Shown: positions 46,200 through 54,502, counted from the stretch's first letter. The stretch: 55,647 nt of DNA from Bacteroidota bacterium (GCA_038247945.1 JBBRUI010000002.1:1-55647); one strand, 5' to 3'. The notes: generated by a model from the letters alone, not told the origin. Numbers and translations: made by a program.

Positions 46200-47876
46200 T
46201 CAATTGACAATTAGAAAGCTATTCCAACCGCCTAACCCATCAGGCTCTTTCAATTTATTTGCAGGATCTTCCAGCCAAACGGCCTCGTCGATTATATACT
46301 TGTAACGGTATTCACCGGGGCGCGGCTTGGAAAGCCAACCGCTCCACCAACCTCCGTGCGATTCTTCCAGCCGTAAAGATTGTTTGTCCCAGTTGTTGAA
46401 CGTGCCTGCAACGGCGACCGTCCGTGGCACGCGGTTGCGGTACACAAACAACAAGCGTCCGTCAATCGCGTGAACGCCGGGAGTGAACTTCTCGTGCCGC
46501 CTTTCGAGCGCACGCTCCAATGCCGCACGAGGTACGAGCACGCCGCGGCCTTGTTGTTCCTCAGTTGCATTCGTTAACGGCTCGGCAGTATCCATCAGTA
46601 TGTGCTTCACTTCGGCGGGCGATAAATCCGGATTTGCCTCAAGCATCTGCGCGATGACCGAACTGACAATCGGCGCGGCGAATGAAGTCCCGTCCACGTG
46701 CTTGTAATATGGTGCGATGTATTGCATTTCCTCAATGCGCTTTCGTGCCCACGATTTGTAATCTCCCTTTATCAAAGTTTTTGGGGCTGAAGGTAAGTCT
46801 TTTCGGTGACGTTCAAAAAGTTTCTCCGCCGTTCGCTGGTTTGAATTAACAAGCTTGAAAAGTATCGGCGACTCTTTGAATTGATCCGTGCCGGGAAGAA
46901 TTGGACCCGCAACCCATATTGCAGGCGCAATCAGCTCGGGCTTCGTATGGCCGTCGACTGTTTTGCCGTAGGTGGAGTGGAACATCTGTCGCCACTCTTT
47001 CCACATTTCATTCCGGTCATCAAGTCCGCCCACCGTAATTGCCGACGGTGAACTTGCCGGCGGAATAACCGGCTTCGACGGATTGTTGCCCACCGCGGTT
47101 ACGACAACAATTCCCTTCTTCACGGCATCTTCGACTGCCTGATCGACCGGACTGTCATTGAGAGATGCAGGCTCATCATCTGCAACAGAAAGGCTGATGA
47201 TACGGATGCCGTATTTGTCCGCGTTCTGAATTGCCCAACGCAACCCGCGGGTTATATCCTCCGTGTTGATGTGGTGCGTTGTGGTGTTCATAACTTTTAT
47301 CAATACCACATTCGCCGCCGATGCGATACCGCGGTACATCTCCGAGGAGAGATAGCCGTTTCCCGTTGCGGCAACCGAAGTCATCATGCCATGCCAGCTC
47401 TCTCCGTGTGGTTCATCGAAATAGCGGCGATCCCGTTTCTGATCTGTTACATCCACAATTCTCTTGATACGGTTCTTCGGCTTCACAAGATCGGGATGGG
47501 GATAGAATCCGGAATCGATGAACGCAATCGTAATTCCCTTTCCTCTAAACCGTGGATCGGCATTCAATCGGAGATGAGTCGGGAGTAGCGCAAATTCATT
47601 TTGCACTCGCTCACGAAACAATGTACTGCGTACGGCACGGCCACCGCTTTGGGATTCAACATCGGGCAGGTCGGGGTCCGGCAAAAAGTGTTCATCGAAC
47701 GAATCAAACTCATTCAGATACAAACAACGCTCGCACATTCCCTGGAAAATCGACCATAAGGGAAAGCGCTTTTGCATTTTTCCGACGACAGCTTGCGCTC
47801 CCGGACTTTTGAAATCATGCAGAAGCTGTTCAACGTATTGCCTGCACAGCGGACATTTAGGGGAGAATATGGTCAT
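46200..47876 (-). CDS. Subtilisin-like (S8) serine peptidase without signal peptide, with an N-terminal Cys-pair region and a C-terminal CBM48/AMPK-beta-like glycogen-binding module
   Basis: Catalytic triad contexts IAFIDSGFYPHPDL (Asp), HGMMTSVAATGNG (His) and GTSFAAPIVSSVIAQM (Ser). The N-terminus has CPLC...(36 aa)...CERC. The C-terminus TVAVAGTFNNWDKQSLRLEE..GGWWSGWL...GEYRYKYIIDEAVWLEDPAN is CBM48/E-set-like. Start placed at the ATG at 47876; the ORF-track start at 47936 is a TTG. Confidence 0.8.
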   Translation of the reverse strand: MTIFSPKCPLCRQYVEQLLHDFKSPGAQAVVGKMQKRFPLWSIFQGMCERCLYLNEFDSFDEHFLPDPDLPDVESQSGGRAVRSTLFRERVQNEFALLPTHLRLNADPRFRGKGITIAFIDSGFYPHPDLVKPKNRIKRIVDVTDQKRDRRYFDEPHGESWHGMMTSVAATGNGYLSSEMYRGIASAANVVLIKVMNTTTHHINTEDITRGLRWAIQNADKYGIRIISLSVADDEPASLNDSPVDQAVEDAVKKGIVVVTAVGNNPSKPVIPPASSPSAITVGGLDDRNEMWKEWRQMFHSTYGKTVDGHTKPELIAPAIWVAGPILPGTDQFKESPILFKLVNSNQRTAEKLFERHRKDLPSAPKTLIKGDYKSWARKRIEEMQYIAPYYKHVDGTSFAAPIVSSVIAQMLEANPDLSPAEVKHILMDTAEPLTNATEEQQGRGVLVPRAALERALERRHEKFTPGVHAIDGRLLFVYRNRVPRTVAVAGTFNNWDKQSLRLEESHGGWWSGWLSKPRPGEYRYKYIIDEAVWLEDPANKLKEPDGLGGWNSFLIVN

Positions 47877-47917
47877 TGATTTACGAGCTGATGTTAAGCA
47901 AACAGCAAAAATAATAA

Positions 47918-48027
47918 TTTGCCACAAAGACACCAAGGCACGAAGTTCATTTTGATCTCACAAATTTGGGGCGTTTTTGCCAAACTGTTCTTGGTTCTTC
48001 TTTGTGTCTTCGTGCCTTCGTGGCAAA
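47918..48027. repeat. Imperfect inverted-repeat (REP-like) element built from TTTGCCAC and AAGGCACGAAG motifs
   Basis: Left arm TTTGCCACAAAGACACCAAGGCACGAAG (47918-47945). Right arm CTTCTTTGTGTCTTCGTGCCTTCGTGGCAAA (47997-48027). GTGGCAAA and CTTCGTGCCTT are exact complements of left-arm blocks. The element lies in the intergenic space between two same-strand genes. Confidence 0.55.
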
Positions 48028-48050
48028 AATCTCTTTGTGCGTAACATGAG

Positions 48051-48764
48051 TTACGAGAATACTTGTGCCATCAGTTTGCGTTTCGCGATGGGTAGAATTG
48101 TTTCTGTGTACGGAAAATCCAAATCTGTCTCGCACATGAACGTTGCAGGATTCGGGAGATCGTGAAATTGTTCGATCAGGTTCAGCTTGATGGATTCGGG
48201 AGTCTGCACAATGGATTTTTGTTCGATGTCGCGGATGTTCTTCGTCTTCAGGCTGCGGAAATTTTCGTTCGCAGACGTGAAAAGCGAAACTTCGTATCGC
48301 AACAAGTGCAGTAGCGCCGCCTTATGTTCCGGCACGAACCAATAACCTTCCTCGCGGTACATCGGCAGTAGCCCGACCTGCTCAATCTGGATGTGCTCGT
48401 CGACGAAGTTGTAGATGTTCGCTCCCTCATCGATTGCCCGTTCGATTCTCGGGAGCGCCCACGCGATTAGCTCAGTAGCCCGCAGAAAATCTTCATCATT
48501 GACACCCGCTGTCTGGTAGACGAGCTTGCCGTGTTCGATATCGACTTCTTTTAATTCGTGCGGGAGGTGGCCTTGTATGTCGCTCATGCCATTGAGGATG
48601 TTGACGAGCGCGGTGTGGAGCCCGACAAGTTCTGCAAGCGAAGGGTAGAGCCGGTTGTGTGTGAACTCCGCGTAATTGTGTTTCAATCCTTCGAGCACAT
48701 GATATTGCCGGAGTTCAGAGTCGGCAGTTCCGGTGAGAAACGTATCAAGCGTGAGCCTATGCAT
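48051..48764 (-). CDS. Conserved-looking hypothetical cytoplasmic protein (237 aa)
   Basis: Long ORF with normal-looking, non-repetitive amino-acid composition. No family recognised. Confidence 0.6.
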   Translation of the reverse strand: MHRLTLDTFLTGTADSELRQYHVLEGLKHNYAEFTHNRLYPSLAELVGLHTALVNILNGMSDIQGHLPHELKEVDIEHGKLVYQTAGVNDEDFLRATELIAWALPRIERAIDEGANIYNFVDEHIQIEQVGLLPMYREEGYWFVPEHKAALLHLLRYEVSLFTSANENFRSLKTKNIRDIEQKSIVQTPESIKLNLIEQFHDLPNPATFMCETDLDFPYTETILPIAKRKLMAQVFS

Positions 48765-48935
48765 CCGTCATCTCCTCAATGTTCGCGTTAGAAAAGAACG
48801 TGGTACAATTAGTATAAAAATCGAGCCAAGAATCAACATCGGTTCGGATTTATTTTGAGAAGAGGACGACGGGACGGTTTTGTAGTTTGTAGAAAAGTTA
48901 GACAACTTTAGACGGACTTCACTATATTTTTCCCA

Positions 48936-50093
48936 ATGCTTATGGCCTCTGACCAACAAACCCAATTGCTCGCCGAACCGAAGGAAGTCGATGTAGTTGC
49001 CATCGAACGTGAACTTCTTTCCCTCTGGAAGAATGCATCGGAAGGCACGAACGGAGATGACTCATACGTGCCTGTCATGCGCGCATGTTCGCTCAACTTC
49101 ATCGTGGTGACGGAAGATGAACACGAAAGCGAAGATCTGGCAAATCTCGCAGGCGACGTTACGGTGGAACATCCGGCCAGAATTTTCCTTATCACCGCCA
49201 ACCGGGGAAGCGCAACGCCGAAGCTTGAAGCGTGGATCTCTGCGCGTTGTTCGCTGCCTGTGCCCGGCGGGAAGCAGGTTTGTTGTGAGCAGATCAACCT
49301 GACTGCGCAAGGACCTGAAGCGAACAAAGTTCCGAGCATCGTTACTTCGCTGCTCGTGTCCGATGTGCCGGGTGTTCTTCTCTGGAAAATTCGCGTTGAC
49401 CCGAACGACGGGATGTTGCAATCCCTCGCCCACGTTGTTAATCGCGTTCTGATCGATTCATCTGAAGATCCGACCCCGGAACCGGCTCTCCTTGCCTGGC
49501 ACGATTTCATTGCGAAGCATAACGCGTTTACCACGTTTGGCGATCTGGCGTGGACTCATTTAACATCGTGGCGATCGCTGATCGCCAACGCATTCAATCC
49601 GCCTGACATGCGTCCCCTTCTTGGTTCCATCGACAAAGTCGAGATAGAATATTCCTCCACCACTCAACCCCGTCATTCCGGTACGAGCCAGGCATTGCTT
49701 CTTGCCGGATGGCTTGCGCGAAAACTTTGTTGGGTTCCTGTCAAACCGTTCCACAAAACGGATCGGGACGAGTACATCGCCAAACTGCGGCTCGCCGAAC
49801 AAGCAATCAACATCCAACTCCGCAGAGTGGAATCGAGGAAAGGATTTCCGGGCGGCATCGAATCGATCACCATTCACACAAGCGCGGGCGTAACGCTCAG
49901 ATTCAAATCTACCGAACACCGCGATTGCGTTCTTGCGTTGCACGAACAGGCGGGAAACAAATCCGAAGAATTGCTTTCAATACTCAGCGACAAAAGTGAA
50001 GCCCGACTTGTCGCACAGGAGCTGGAGTTAATCCACCGCGACGCCGGCTACGAAGCGGCGCTCGAAACTCTGACCGGACTTTTCAAATCGTGA
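48936..50093 (+). CDS. opcA: OpcA-like glucose-6-phosphate dehydrogenase assembly protein
   Basis: VMRACSLNFIVV...PARIFLI in the N-terminal half and DLAWTHLTSWRSLIANAFNPPDMRPLL in the C-terminal half match my recollection of OpcA conserved blocks. It lies directly upstream of, and is translationally coupled to, pgl. Confidence 0.6.
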   Translation: MLMASDQQTQLLAEPKEVDVVAIERELLSLWKNASEGTNGDDSYVPVMRACSLNFIVVTEDEHESEDLANLAGDVTVEHPARIFLITANRGSATPKLEAWISARCSLPVPGGKQVCCEQINLTAQGPEANKVPSIVTSLLVSDVPGVLLWKIRVDPNDGMLQSLAHVVNRVLIDSSEDPTPEPALLAWHDFIAKHNAFTTFGDLAWTHLTSWRSLIANAFNPPDMRPLLGSIDKVEIEYSSTTQPRHSGTSQALLLAGWLARKLCWVPVKPFHKTDRDEYIAKLRLAEQAINIQLRRVESRKGFPGGIESITIHTSAGVTLRFKSTEHRDCVLALHEQAGNKSEELLSILSDKSEARLVAQELELIHRDAGYEAALETLTGLFKS

Positions 50094-50818
50094 GCGAACA
50101 AACCATAGATCGCTTTGCGACTGCGTCCGAACTTCATCATGCGGCCGCCGTTTCCATCGTCAGGTTTCTGGGAGATGCGGTCAGCCATCGCGGTCGTGCG
50201 ACCCTGTGTCTATCCGGGGGTTCAACTCCGAAAGCAGTGTACGAACTTCTGGCGGGCGAACAATCTGTAGATTGGGCGAAGGTTCATTTTTTTTGGGGAG
50301 ATGAACGGTGCGTTCCGCCAACGCATCCTGAGAGTAATTTCCTGATGGCGTCTGAGGCGTTCCTTCAAAAACTTTCTATCCCCGATGCAAACATCCATCG
50401 CATTGAAGCGGAGCGTCCCCCGGCTGAAGCAGCAGAACGGTACGAGAGTGAGTTAAGAACTTTTTTCGGTTTGATGGAAAACGAAATACCGCGGTTCGAT
50501 GTAACATTGTTGGGATTGGGAGAAGACGGACACACGGCATCACTTTTTCCCGGCACGACAATCCTGAATGAGTCAAAGCGGCTTGTCGCCGAAGTGTATG
50601 TGGAAAAATTCAAAGCGTATCGCATCAGCATAACGTATCCGCTCGTCAACAATTCCAAGGTCATAATGTTTCTCGTTTCAGGTTCGGGCAAAGCAACCAT
50701 CCTGCACGAAATTTTAGAGGGCGAGCCCGGTCGATATCCTGCACAGCAAGTACAACCAACAGACGGAACCGTCTACTGGTTGATCGACGAACACGCAGCA
50801 TACCATCTAACAACATGA
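50090..50818 (+). CDS. pgl: 6-phosphogluconolactonase
   Basis: LSGGSTPKAVYELL, FWGDERCVPP and LLGLGEDGHTASLFPG. The GTG start overlaps the opcA stop (GTGA). Confidence 0.9.
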   Translation: MSEQTIDRFATASELHHAAAVSIVRFLGDAVSHRGRATLCLSGGSTPKAVYELLAGEQSVDWAKVHFFWGDERCVPPTHPESNFLMASEAFLQKLSIPDANIHRIEAERPPAEAAERYESELRTFFGLMENEIPRFDVTLLGLGEDGHTASLFPGTTILNESKRLVAEVYVEKFKAYRISITYPLVNNSKVIMFLVSGSGKATILHEILEGEPGRYPAQQVQPTDGTVYWLIDEHAAYHLTT

Positions 50819-51792
50819 TACTCGCAGGCGACATAGGCGGAACGAAAACCAATCTCGCGTATTTTACTCTGAAGAACGGAAAACTTGTTCCGGAACTTAT
50901 GAAAAGTTATGCAAGCAAGGAGCACGGCTCATTCACCGAGATCATCAATCTGTTCCAGCAGGAATCGCCGCACACAATCGAGCACGCGGCATTCGGGATC
51001 GCGGGACCTGTTGTGAACGGACGAAGCGAAGCGACGAACCTGCCGTGGGTCGTGAACATTCGGGAGGTTGCCCCAAACTTTGGATTGAAAAACGCCGGAC
51101 TCATTAACGACCTTGAAGCGACAGCGTATGGAATACTCCGGTTGGAGGAGAAAGACACGCTTAAACTGAACGCCGGAACGCCGCGGTTGCAGGGAACCAT
51201 TGCGGTAATCGCGGCGGGGACCGGACTTGGAGAGGGCGGGTTGGTGTGGAACGGCTCGCGCTATCAAACGCTTCCTTCTGAAGGCGGGCACACGGATTTT
51301 GCGCCGCGCAATGAACTGGAAATGGAGCTGCTTCGATTTCTGTTGACGAAGTACAAACGCGTAAGCTACGAGCGCGTTGTTTCCGGTATGGGCATCGTGA
51401 ACCTCTATCAATTCTTCAGGACGATGGTGAAGTATACCGAGCCGGCCTGGCTGACGGAACAATTGTCGGGAGATGCCGCCGCCGCGATCTCCCACGCGGC
51501 GATGAATGGAAAAGATGAAGCTTCAGTAAAGACGATGGAATTGTTTGTCTCGTTATACGGCGCCGAAGCGGGGAATCTGGGACTCAAATTATTGTCCACC
51601 GGAGGTTTGTATATTGCCGGTGGTATCGCTCCCAAAATTCTCCCGAAAATTCAGCAGGCAACATTTATGGATTCCCTAACGGACAAGGGACGCTTGTCGC
51701 ACATCTTGAAGAACATGCCCATATCGGTTATACTGAACGACAAGATTGCTCTCTACGGCGCGGCCCACTATGCTTTGATGATGAATGATTAA
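50815..51792 (+). CDS. glk: Glucokinase (Glk family)
   Basis: ILAGDIGGTKTNLA, INDLEATAYG and SEGGHTDFAPRNELE. The start overlaps the pgl stop (ATGA). Confidence 0.88.
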   Translation: MILAGDIGGTKTNLAYFTLKNGKLVPELMKSYASKEHGSFTEIINLFQQESPHTIEHAAFGIAGPVVNGRSEATNLPWVVNIREVAPNFGLKNAGLINDLEATAYGILRLEEKDTLKLNAGTPRLQGTIAVIAAGTGLGEGGLVWNGSRYQTLPSEGGHTDFAPRNELEMELLRFLLTKYKRVSYERVVSGMGIVNLYQFFRTMVKYTEPAWLTEQLSGDAAAAISHAAMNGKDEASVKTMELFVSLYGAEAGNLGLKLLSTGGLYIAGGIAPKILPKIQQATFMDSLTDKGRLSHILKNMPISVILNDKIALYGAAHYALMMND

Positions 51793-52033
51793 CGTGACAT
51801 TGAAATTGTTCGGACCTTTGCGCGATGTGATGCAACGGGATGAATTGCAACTCCAGGTTCCGCCGCCATACAAGGGCGACACCGCATTCGAACTGCTGAC
51901 CCTCAGTAACCCGTTGCTTCTCCGCTGGCGGCCGAGCGTCCGGTTGGCGGTGAACATGGAGTATACATCGTTCGATCACGTGTTGAAGTCCGGCGATGAG
52001 ATTTGTTTTATTCCTCCGGTCAGCGGGGGTTGA
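51785..52033 (+). CDS. moaD: Molybdopterin synthase sulfur-carrier subunit MoaD
   Basis: 82 aa, ubiquitin-like, ending in the diagnostic PPVSGG. It overlaps the glk 3' end by 8 nt. Confidence 0.8.
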   Translation: MINVTLKLFGPLRDVMQRDELQLQVPPPYKGDTAFELLTLSNPLLLRWRPSVRLAVNMEYTSFDHVLKSGDEICFIPPVSGG

Positions 52034-52076
52034 AGTCGCGGGGTGATTCTTTTTTTTTCCGAACCACTGGCTGCGA

Positions 52077-52161
52077 CTGTCATTCCCGAATGCTTCTATC
52101 GGGAATCCAGAGTGGGAAATGCCTTGACTGGATTCCCGCTAACAACGTGCGGGAATGACAG
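52077..52161. repeat. REP-like double-hairpin element inside the moaD-moaE spacer
   Basis: CTGTCATTCCCG-aatgcttctat-CGGGAATCCAG ... CTGGATTCCCG-ctaacaacgtg-CGGGAATGACAG. These are two ATTCCCG/CGGGAAT hairpins, and their outer halves (GTCATTCC/GGAATGAC and GGAATCCAG/CTGGATTCC) also pair with each other. Confidence 0.7.
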
Positions 52162-52214
52162 AAAACAGTGTTTGATTATGCGTGAGGGTTAGTCTATTTT
52201 CAGTCGATTGGTTT

Positions 52215-52655
52215 ATGGTTTCCATCATTCAAACCCCGATACAAGTTTCTCAAATCCTCGCCGGGATTTCATCGCCCATCTCCGGAGGCACCGACGTTTT
52301 CATCGGCACTGTGCGCAATCACTCGCATGGATTGCGGGTTGAATCGCTTGAGTACACAGCATACATCCCGATGGCGGAGAAACTGATGGCGGCAATTGAA
52401 GATGAGATGCGGAAGAAATGGATGCTGCACAACATCGTTCTCGTCCACCGCGTCGGGGTTCTTCACGTGGGGGATGTTGCCGTTGTTACCGCCGTCTCCG
52501 CCTCGCACCGCAATGAAGCATTCGAAGCGTGCCGCTTTGCCATCGACCGCATCAAAGAAGTTGTCCCCATCTGGAAAAAAGAATTCTACGAAGAAGGGAC
52601 CGCGTGGGTGGTTGGCCAGCACGATATCGACCTGGCCGGCGGGATGAAGGAATAG
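52215..52655 (+). CDS. moaE: Molybdopterin synthase catalytic subunit MoaE
   Basis: FIGTVRNHS...LEYTAYIPMAEK...VHRVGVLHVGDVAVVTAVSASHRNEAFEACRFAIDRIKEVVPIWKKE. Start placed at the ATG at 52215. Confidence 0.88.
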   Translation: MVSIIQTPIQVSQILAGISSPISGGTDVFIGTVRNHSHGLRVESLEYTAYIPMAEKLMAAIEDEMRKKWMLHNIVLVHRVGVLHVGDVAVVTAVSASHRNEAFEACRFAIDRIKEVVPIWKKEFYEEGTAWVVGQHDIDLAGGMKE

Positions 52656-52660
52656 TAACG

Positions 52661-53650
52661 ATGAACCGTCTTACCGATTCGTTCGGCCGCACCGCGACCA
52701 ACGTGCGCATCTCCGTTACCGACCGCTGCAATTTCCGCTGCACCTACTGCATGCCCGAAGAAGGGATGCAATGGCTTCACAGGGACCAGCTTCTCACGTT
52801 TGAAGAGATCACGCGCCTCGTCCGCATCTTCGCATCGCTCGGCGTCACGAAAATCCGATTGACGGGGGGCGAGCCGCTGATGCGGAAAGAACTGTGGCGG
52901 CTTGTAAAGATGCTGCGCGGCGTTGAAGGGATTGACGATATCGCAATGACAACGAACGGATTTTTTCTCAAGGAGCAAGCGGGTGAACTGATCGACGCCG
53001 GACTCAACCGGATCAACATCAGCCTCGATTCGCTTGACCCGCGGGTGTTTGCTGAGATGGCGCGCCGCGATTATTTCCGGCAAACATGGGAAGGGATTGA
53101 AGAAGCCGAACGACTCGGCCTGAAGCCGATCAAGCTGAATGTTGTGTTGGTGCGTGGCGTGAACGACGGCGAGATACTGAAGTTTGCCCGGCTTGCGCGC
53201 GAGCGTTCGTTTGTCATCCGCTTCATTGAGTTCATGCCGATAGGAAAAGACGACGGCTGGTCCAATGACAAAGTCGTGACGACGCAGGAAGTGCTGGAAA
53301 AGATCAATGCGTACGCGTCTCTCATTCCCGTACAATCAACAAACGAAAAAGCCCCTGCCGAAAAATACGTCTTCGCCGACGGTAACGGAGAGATCGGATT
53401 TATCAGCTCGGTGAGCCGGCCGTTTTGCGCTGACTGCGACCGTGTTCGTCTTACGAGTGAAGGCAAGTTCCGCACGTGTTTGTTCTCTCTCGTTGAAACC
53501 GATCTACGCGCACTTTTGCGGGGCGATGCCGGCGATACGGAGATCTCCGATGCCCTGATATGTGCGGTATCAAAAAAAGAAGAAGGCCATCTCATTAATC
53601 GTCCCGGGTTCATCCGGCCCGAAAGAACGATGAGCGCGATTGGTGGGTGA
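52661..53650 (+). CDS. moaA: GTP 3',8-cyclase MoaA (radical SAM)
   Basis: LRISVTDRCNFRCTYCMP (the CxxxCxxC cluster), LTGGEPL, and the C-terminal FCADCDRVRLTSEGKFRTCLF. Start placed at the ATG at 52661; the ORF-track start at 52529 overlaps moaE. Confidence 0.93.
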   Translation: MNRLTDSFGRTATNVRISVTDRCNFRCTYCMPEEGMQWLHRDQLLTFEEITRLVRIFASLGVTKIRLTGGEPLMRKELWRLVKMLRGVEGIDDIAMTTNGFFLKEQAGELIDAGLNRINISLDSLDPRVFAEMARRDYFRQTWEGIEEAERLGLKPIKLNVVLVRGVNDGEILKFARLARERSFVIRFIEFMPIGKDDGWSNDKVVTTQEVLEKINAYASLIPVQSTNEKAPAEKYVFADGNGEIGFISSVSRPFCADCDRVRLTSEGKFRTCLFSLVETDLRALLRGDAGDTEISDALICAVSKKEEGHLINRPGFIRPERTMSAIGG

Positions 53651-53716
53651 GCGCGAGAGGATCGCAGAAGAGCAGGGAGGCATCAGAATAGGGCAAACAC
53701 TAAAAAGCTGAAAAAC

Positions 53717-53953
53717 TCAAGCCGCTTCTAATTTCCTGACGTGAAGGATTTCATCATGTTTGAGGGGTTCGATATTCCCTTCATCGACAACAACCAGTGC
53801 AACGGTTTCTCCAGCCGCAGTAAAGAACTCCACTGCATATCCGGTTTGTTGTCCACGTGACAACTTCTCGACAACAGTTCCGATATCACCCTTACGCAGC
53901 CGCTGTTGAGGAATGTCTTTTGTCAACGCAACTTCTTTATAGATCTCTGTCAT
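53717..53953 (-). CDS. DUF4926-family small protein
   Basis: VALTKDIPQQRLRKGDIGTVVEKLSRGQQTGYAVEFFTAAGETVALVVV matches the DUF4926 pattern. The ATG at 53953 overlaps the stop of the upstream DUF6883 reading frame (ATGA). Confidence 0.7.
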   Translation of the reverse strand: MTEIYKEVALTKDIPQQRLRKGDIGTVVEKLSRGQQTGYAVEFFTAAGETVALVVVDEGNIEPLKHDEILHVRKLEAA

Positions 53954-54286
53954 GACAGCGACCTCCATTTTGTGGGTACAAGCGTAATGAACTGTGTTTT
54001 CCCGGTATCGAATCGTTCAATCCAGAATGTTGTCACATCAAGGTTGCCCCTGGCACCTCCCAAAACGCCACGTACGGAATGCACGCGCCCATATTTTGTA
54101 TCTTGAGAAGAGTGTACATCGTTGTGCGAGATAATCTTTCGGATTGCGAATTCCAGCTCTTTTCCGATTCTCGCGGGTAAATCCGATCCTTGCAAGCAAC
54201 TTTGATTTATCATTTCTTTCACGTGGCAACAACAAATAGTCCGTTAGTTTCGATTCAGCAATTATTGAATCTTCAGGCAGCTTCAA
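53950..54286 (-). pseudogene. DUF6883-like gene split by a 1-nt frameshift in an A4 run
   Basis: The N-terminal half (LKLPEDSIIAESKLTDYLLLPRERNDKSKLLARIGFTRENRK) is in the frame of ORF 54038-54397. The C-terminal half (ELEFAIRKIISHNDVHSSQDTKYGRVHSVRGVLGGARGNLDVTTFWIERFDTGKTQFITLVP) is in the frame of ORF 53950-54222. The frames switch at GGAAAAGAG (plus-strand TTTT at 54160-54163). The start is uncertain; TTG at 54286 is one candidate. Confidence 0.6.
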
Positions 54287-54369
54287 ACAGTTTCCCTTGT
54301 TCTTGTTTATCTGTAATAATGTAAGATTCAGCAGCGTAAAAGTACAGTCAGCGGGCAGGGCCGAAGTAA

Positions 54370-54474
54370 AAACGCGTTGCGAAATCAAAAAGAGCACATC
54401 TCATTAACCGTCCAGGTTTCGTCCGGCCTGAAAGGACGATGAACTCGATTGGGGGTAGCGATGCGTTGGTTTGA
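54370..54474 (+). pseudogene. Displaced relic of a moaA 3' end (encodes ...AKSKRAHLINRPGFVRPERTMNSIGGSDALV*)
   Basis: Positions 54397-54456 align without gaps to 53588-53647 (moaA codons HLINRPGFIRPERTMSAIGG). I count 10 mismatches in 60 nt, and 8 of the 10 fall at third codon positions. An in-frame stop at 54367-54369 cuts the relic off from any upstream ORF. Confidence 0.7.
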
Positions 54475-54502
54475 TTTTCTTCTGATGAATATTTCCTGAA
54501 GA

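Noticed and set aside
46195-46212. Perfect 18-nt palindrome AATTGTCAATTGACAATT in the 13-nt gap between, and overlapping the end of, the convergent FG-GAP and S8 genes
   Set aside because: The stem is all A/T-rich and loopless, so it is too weak to call an intrinsic terminator with confidence. It is noted only as a possible shared 3' hairpin.
48908-49534. 208-aa minus-strand ORF antisense to the opcA-like gene
   Set aside because: It has no motifs, and it overlaps the divergent promoter region and the 5' half of a better-supported plus-strand gene that is coupled to pgl.
52034-52214. Possible Moco riboswitch ahead of moaE/moaA
   Set aside because: I could not find the conserved Moco-motif stems and loops. 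The structure present is a REP-like double hairpin instead. A covariance-model scan (Rfam RF01055) would settle it.
52586-53335. 249-aa minus-strand ORF antisense to moaA
   Set aside because: The plus frame carries the unmistakable radical-SAM CxxxCxxC and MoaA C-terminal motifs. The antisense ORF is a GC-skew artefact.
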